Source: Candidatus Altimarinota bacterium (GTDB lineage Bacteria; Patescibacteriota; Gracilibacteria; UBA4473). Taken from it: a DNA stretch of 64,000 bases. Numbering within the stretch: position 1 is the stretch's first letter; each line of letters starts with the position of its first letter. A program made the position numbers and the translations under genes. Positions 59,332 through 64,000 of the stretch are shown one piece after another. The notes beneath the pieces were generated by a model. It had not been told where the DNA came from, did no database searches, and worked only from the letters and a program-made list of their open reading frames with translations. Where the stretch lies: NCBI GenBank assembly GCA_965231215.1, contig OZ246423.1, positions 128,001-192,000 on the forward strand, in the 5' to 3' direction.

Positions 59332-60438
59332 ATGTCTTTTTTATTTTTCCGTAAACAATCGCAAGAGGCGCCTGAAATAGGCGAAACTGCAGCCTCCAAA
59401 AATCCAGATTTGAATCGAAGACGCTTTTTAATAGGAACCTCCCTCCTGGTTCTAAGTAATACTACAAGCTCTAAAGTTTTTCAAACAATTGCCGGAATCT
59501 CTGAAGCCAGCGCACAAGGAATCCAAGAAGATTTAAATTCGCCAATTCAACATCCAAGAGATCATGTGGAAATCAACGGTAATATCATTGTAGACCAAAT
59601 AGTTACACGAATGAACCAAGACCTAAAAATTGAGGATCAAGCTACGCACGATCGACTTATGGGTCAGTGTACTTACAGTGCAAGAGTTCCTTCCAATGGG
59701 GAAGCACAGTATATCTATGATCACTTTAAGTCTGAAGTAGATCAAATTATGGCTAAATGCCGCAGCGGACAATCAGGGCTACTTTTGGATGGACTTAATA
59801 GAAACCTTTATGTGATTAAAAAAACTGCTGAAGGCAAAATGGCCTTTACTAGAGCTTATTGGGTTACTGTTGGAGCAGGACTTTTTAATCCAGCTAATAG
59901 AAAACATACCCCAACCGGACTTAAAGAGGTCTGGACTCAGCGGGGTGGAACAAAAAAAGTTAAAGGAAATGCTGACACTGGTTTTCCATCAGTGAGCACC
60001 TTAGGAAGAACCGTTTACTGGAAATTAATTAAAAAAGAAGGAACAAGACAACATGCTGTATTTCCTAATCCTGGAAGTGCCAGTATGACCACCGTAGCAT
60101 GTGGATTTCATGATCCACATAACCCTGTTTGGGATGAATTTTTTGCTTTTCATGGAACAGATCGCGAGGTTTATGTAAATCAACCAGACAATCCAACAGG
60201 TATGGGAGATGGTCGAAGTGGGGGATGTGTAAGAATGTGTAACGCTGACATCCTAGAACTGATTGAACTTCTAGCCCAAGGGAGAACAAACAGCGTAGGT
60301 ACACCATTCTATATTGCTCATAAAACAGTAGAAAATTACACTCGATCGCAATATCAATTTACCATTTTAGGAAGCCCAGACAGAATAACTGTAAAAAGAG
60401 AAAATTTGCAAACACTTAGAGAAAGAGGCTGGTCATAG
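59332..60438 (+). CDS. L,D-transpeptidase (YkuD-like) with twin-arginine-like motif
   Basis: TPTG, FHGT...SGGCVRM; N-terminal LNRRRFL. Confidence 0.8.
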   Translation: MSFLFFRKQSQEAPEIGETAASKNPDLNRRRFLIGTSLLVLSNTTSSKVFQTIAGISEASAQGIQEDLNSPIQHPRDHVEINGNIIVDQIVTRMNQDLKIEDQATHDRLMGQCTYSARVPSNGEAQYIYDHFKSEVDQIMAKCRSGQSGLLLDGLNRNLYVIKKTAEGKMAFTRAYWVTVGAGLFNPANRKHTPTGLKEVWTQRGGTKKVKGNADTGFPSVSTLGRTVYWKLIKKEGTRQHAVFPNPGSASMTTVACGFHDPHNPVWDEFFAFHGTDREVYVNQPDNPTGMGDGRSGGCVRMCNADILELIELLAQGRTNSVGTPFYIAHKTVENYTRSQYQFTILGSPDRITVKRENLQTLRERGWS

Positions 60439-60439
60439 A

Positions 60440-60643
60440 TTATTTATTGTAATAATCAATCAATAAATAAGAACCCACTAAAATTAATACCAGTGGCCAA
60501 TTTTGTTCTAGATTTATAAAATTCCACAAACTCCATTCTGGAAAATAGTTTTTTAGCCAAAAGTAGAGCCCTACAAAAAACATAGAGAATCCTACAACAG
60601 CCTTCGTACTTAAATTTTTTTGAAAGAGTTTCATCAAAACCAT
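60440..60643 (-). CDS. Small membrane protein (LiaF-TM/DUF5668-like)
   Basis: G.....G..F.L.N and WPLVLILVG motifs. Confidence 0.7.
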   Translation of the reverse strand: MVLMKLFQKNLSTKAVVGFSMFFVGLYFWLKNYFPEWSLWNFINLEQNWPLVLILVGSYLLIDYYNK

Positions 60644-60717
60644 TATAAATAAAAAGCAGTCATATAAAAATTATTTGACGCCCCTAAACTTTTTCATAGA
60701 ATCTTCTGGCTACGGGA

Positions 60718-60794
60718 GGGATCGTAGCTCAATTGGTTAGAGCACCTGCCTGTCACGCAGGAGGCTGCGGGTTCGAGTCCCGTCGGTCCCGCCA
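60718..60794 (+). tRNA. tRNA-Asp (anticodon GUC)
   Basis: GGGATCG TAGCTCAATTGGTTAGAGC A CCTGC CTGTCAC GCAGG...GGTTCGAGTCC...CGGTCCC G CCA. Confidence 0.97.
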
Positions 60795-60824
60795 GATAAA
60801 AGAAACTTCAAAATGAGGTTTTTT

Positions 60825-61301
60825 TTATATATTCTTGGCATCTTCAAGAATCTTCTGTTCCATCCTGGATTTATATTCAGCAAGTTTTTTAGAAACGGTT
60901 TCATCACTGGTAGCTATGATTTGTGCCGCTAAAATCCCTGCGTTTTTGGCTCCATCGATAGCCACCGTAGCCACCGGAACGCCTCCTGGCATCTGCACAA
61001 TAGAGAGCAAAGAGTCTATTCCCTCAATAGAATTACGAGATTTAACGGGGACTCCAATAACCGGCAAGGTAGTAAAAGACGCCGTCATACCTGGTAGGTG
61101 TGCAGCGCCTCCAGCTCCGGCAATAATCACTTTGAGTCCCCTTTTTTTAGCAGTCTTTCCATACTCAGCCATTCGGTCTGGAGTTCTATGAGCCGAAACT
61201 ATTTCTATTTCATACTCAACCCCTAGTTCCTCCAAGATATCAGCCCCTTCCTGCATAACTGGAAGATCTGACTTCGATCCCATAATAATTCCAACACTCA
61301 T
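60825..61301 (-). CDS. purE: N5-CAIR mutase
   Basis: [30 protein letters not shown]. Confidence 0.98.
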   Translation of the reverse strand: MSVGIIMGSKSDLPVMQEGADILEELGVEYEIEIVSAHRTPDRMAEYGKTAKKRGLKVIIAGAGGAAHLPGMTASFTTLPVIGVPVKSRNSIEGIDSLLSIVQMPGGVPVATVAIDGAKNAGILAAQIIATSDETVSKKLAEYKSRMEQKILEDAKNI

Positions 61302-61408
61302 ATTGTTTAGTTAAGTGTTTCTTTTATAGATTAAAATCCTCGTTATGACAAATCCCCCTTAAAAAATTTTTCTCTATGGGGTTTTCTAAAAGCAAAAAAT
61401 GAACTAAT

Positions 61409-62524
61409 TCACTCAGCTATTACTTTTACATTTTCTAAAACCTCATCTCCTAACTTTTTTGCTACTTCCACACTTTCGGCACAAATCGTGACATGCCCCA
61501 TTTTCCGTCCGGGTTTAGTCCTATTTTTTTCATACCAGTGTAGATAAATTCCTTCTCGCTCTAAAATTCCATTGGAATCTACCAACTTAGAAGTTCCTGT
61601 ATATCCATCCTCTCCCAACAAATTCACCATAACGCTGGGGGAAACCATTTTAATTTCAGGCAAATCGAGTCCCATAACCGCTCTAATATGAACCTCAAAT
61701 TGACTACACGTAAGTCCTTCAATTGTAAGGTGTCCACTATTGTGTACTCGTGGAGCCGCTTCATTAATCAACACCTCTCCACTTTTAGTTACAAAAAATT
61801 CAACCGCTAAGACACCTACCATTTTGAGTTTTTCAGTTAGTAATTTAGCTATTGATTCACACTTTGCCTCAATAGATAATGCCAATCCACTGCGCATTTT
61901 TACGTATTTAACCAAATTAAGTTCGGGGGAGAATTCCATATCGACTGGAGGAAATACCCGAACTTCACCCTGTTCATTCCGAACCACAATGACTCCAATT
62001 TCTTTATCAATATCCACCATATCTTCCAAAACTGATGGCGTCGTAAAAGCTTTTTCTAAATCCGATTTAGATTTCAAAACCTGTACCCCTTTTCCGTCAT
62101 ACCCTCCAGTTCTCACCTTTTGAACCATTGGAAACTGATCAATTTCAGATACATCCTCAATCAAACAAAAGTTAGAACTAGGCAAACCGTGGTCAGCGTA
62201 AAACTGTTTTTGTAGTCCCTTGTCTTGAATGGTTCGAAGCACCTTTGAAGACGGAAAAACCTTTATCCCTTGAGTCTCTAAATATTCTAGAGCCTCTACA
62301 TTTACATGTTCAATTTCAACCGTGAGTCGATCAACCTTTTGGGCAAAATCAATAACGGTTTGGTAGTCTTTAAAATCACCTTCTATAACACGCCCACCAG
62401 CCACAGCACTGCTACACTCAGGATTTGGATCCAGGAAAAGCAGATCAATCCCTAATCTTTCAGCCGCCTCCATCATCATGAGCCCTAACTGTCCACCCCC
62501 AAGAATTCCTAATGTTTTAGACAT
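61409..62524 (-). CDS. purK: N5-CAIR synthetase
   Basis: GILGGGQLG, GYDGKG, NE.APRVHNSGH, RKMGH. Confidence 0.97.
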   Translation of the reverse strand: MSKTLGILGGGQLGLMMMEAAERLGIDLLFLDPNPECSSAVAGGRVIEGDFKDYQTVIDFAQKVDRLTVEIEHVNVEALEYLETQGIKVFPSSKVLRTIQDKGLQKQFYADHGLPSSNFCLIEDVSEIDQFPMVQKVRTGGYDGKGVQVLKSKSDLEKAFTTPSVLEDMVDIDKEIGVIVVRNEQGEVRVFPPVDMEFSPELNLVKYVKMRSGLALSIEAKCESIAKLLTEKLKMVGVLAVEFFVTKSGEVLINEAAPRVHNSGHLTIEGLTCSQFEVHIRAVMGLDLPEIKMVSPSVMVNLLGEDGYTGTSKLVDSNGILEREGIYLHWYEKNRTKPGRKMGHVTICAESVEVAKKLGDEVLENVKVIAE

Positions 62525-63494
62525 ATTGATCACGTATTAAATCACTACTCGTTTCTTTAATGCAAGAAACCTCTAAATTATCTACTAAATTTTGGATTCC
62601 TTCTTGGAGTTCAATTTTGGGATCAAATCCTAATTCGTCAACAATAAGAGAAATATCAGCATGTTGCCCTCTCACATATCCTTCCTTTACCGGATTTGGA
62701 ATATAAAGAGGTTCAATATTTTTTCCTAAAGCGTTGTTAAGAGCTGCAAAAATATCATTAAAAGAAGTGCCATTACCTCTTCCAATATTATAAACCTTAT
62801 TCCCAAACCCTTCTGGAGTGTTGATAGCAAGCCCTATAGCCTGAACAATATCACGAACCTCTGTAAAATCTCTGAACTGATTTCCATCCCCGTAAATAAC
62901 TGGAGGCAAATCCCGGGCAATGTCCCATAAAAATTGAGAAATCATATTAGCAAATTGGCCTTTGGCTTCTTCATTAGGCCCATACACCGACATAAACCGA
63001 AACCCAAACGTATCCATTTCTGGGTAGACTTTGTTATAACACGCCGCACAATGTTCATAACAAAATTTAGTCGCCGCATAGTGATTCAACGGTGTAACCT
63101 GCTGATCTTCAACGAGTGGTAAAGGATTGTTCCCATAAAGTGAAGACGTTGAGGCGTAAATAAATTTTTTAGCTCCAGATAATCGCGCAAACTCAATAGT
63201 ACGCACAAAACTTTCAACCGAATTCACATATCCATCCGCGAACCCTTTGCCCATAAACATCGGAGCAGAGCTCGTTCCCGCAAAGTGGATCACTATGTCA
63301 AAATGGCTTCCACATTTCTCCAAATCTTCAATCTTACAAGCATCACCCTCAATAAACGCTATTCCCTCTTTTAGGTTTTCAGGCGTTCCTAAAAACAAAT
63401 TGTCTAAAGCGACAATTTCATACTGGTCTTTATTAAGATTACAAAAATTTGAACCAATAAAACCAGCTCCGCCAGTAACTAAAATTTTTTTCAT
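62517..63494 (-). CDS. NAD-dependent epimerase/dehydratase
   Basis: VTGGAGFIGS, YAATK, GDGNQFRDF; ATG 63494. Confidence 0.93.
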   Translation of the reverse strand: MKKILVTGGAGFIGSNFCNLNKDQYEIVALDNLFLGTPENLKEGIAFIEGDACKIEDLEKCGSHFDIVIHFAGTSSAPMFMGKGFADGYVNSVESFVRTIEFARLSGAKKFIYASTSSLYGNNPLPLVEDQQVTPLNHYAATKFCYEHCAACYNKVYPEMDTFGFRFMSVYGPNEEAKGQFANMISQFLWDIARDLPPVIYGDGNQFRDFTEVRDIVQAIGLAINTPEGFGNKVYNIGRGNGTSFNDIFAALNNALGKNIEPLYIPNPVKEGYVRGQHADISLIVDELGFDPKIELQEGIQNLVDNLEVSCIKETSSDLIRDQYV

Positions 63495-63703
63495 CACCAA
63501 TATTAAACTGATTATTTGGGCCAAGGCAAAGTTTCTCCTACCTGTTCCCCTTCAAAACACTCACTTAAACCTATGGCTAAATAGTTAGCTGTTTTGGTTT
63601 CTATCTTCAAACGAATTCTTTCTGTACCGAGACAAGACCGCTCCTTCAAAATTACCTATATACTTGATATCTACTCCTCCTTTTGGAACTGCCTAAATTT
63701 GAA

Positions 63704-64000
63704 CTATTTCTTCGCTCCCTTCTTTACCGTTTTGGTGGCTGTTTTTTTAGCCACTGACACTTTTTTGGGAGTTGTTTTTTTTACTGCTTTTACTTTTTTG
63801 GTAGCGGTTTTTTTGAGTTTATCAGCTGTTTTTTTGGCTTCTTTAGCCATTTCTTCAAGACGCTTTGTAGCGGCCGCCCTTGCCTCATCACTCATATCTT
63901 TGGCATGCGTGGTTACTGCTTCAAAATTTTCTTTTCCCACAGACATAAGCTGTTTAATTTCTTCCGAATTTTGAGCCCAATCAAATACGGTATCACGTGC
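63704..64000 (-). CDS. 3' part of a hypothetical protein with histone H1-like K/A/T tail (start outside window)
   Basis: Frame open to window edge (ARDTVFDWAQNSEEIKQLMSVGK...); KKTATKKVKAVKKTTPKK tail. Confidence 0.7.
   Translation of the reverse strand, partial: ARDTVFDWAQNSEEIKQLMSVGKENFEAVTTHAKDMSDEARAAATKRLEEMAKEAKKTADKLKKTATKKVKAVKKTTPKKVSVAKKTATKTVKKGAKK

Noticed and set aside
63540-63700. Possible second RPE-like element (recurring CTTCAAA)
   Set aside because: Terminal repeats and similarity to the murG insert are too weak to support by eye
1-64000. Genetic code 25 (UGA=Gly) as in Gracilibacteria/Absconditabacteria
   Set aside because: Conserved genes are full length under code 11 and several end at TGA at the expected position (purK, thermonuclease, tgt)

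Overview
AT-rich bacterial chromosomal segment read in standard code 11 (long intact ORFs, several ending in TGA). Gene content (many SLH/Ig/FN3/TSP3 surface proteins, type IV pilus genes, alpha2-type glycyl-tRNA synthetase, rplK-rplA not followed by rplJL, scarce Shine-Dalgarno sites, scattered purD/purK/purE) points to Patescibacteria (CPR), probably Peregrinibacteria-like; this assignment is inference. It holds housekeeping genes (pilB end, pilC, purD, ftsW, murG, dnaX, secE-nusG-rplK-rplA, dnaK with CIRCE, ndk, ssb, rpiB, tgt, recX, rlmH, glyS, purK/purE), four tRNAs (Arg-UCG, Leu-UAA, Cys-GCA, Asp-GUC), a GT4-GH57-GH15-ROK alpha-glucan operon and a decayed integration islet (Fic gene, recombinase-like remnant, tRNA-derived palindrome) at tRNA-Arg. 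Most notable: a ~128 bp palindromic element translated in frame inside murG; three micro-proteins missed by the ORF track; a shared TM-[QK]AS[VL] motif in two of them and in an M23/SLH protein; a pore-less voltage-sensor/bPH fusion; and an orphan protein with ssrA/SspB-like motifs. No CRISPR array, rRNA or intact transposase/integrase was seen.
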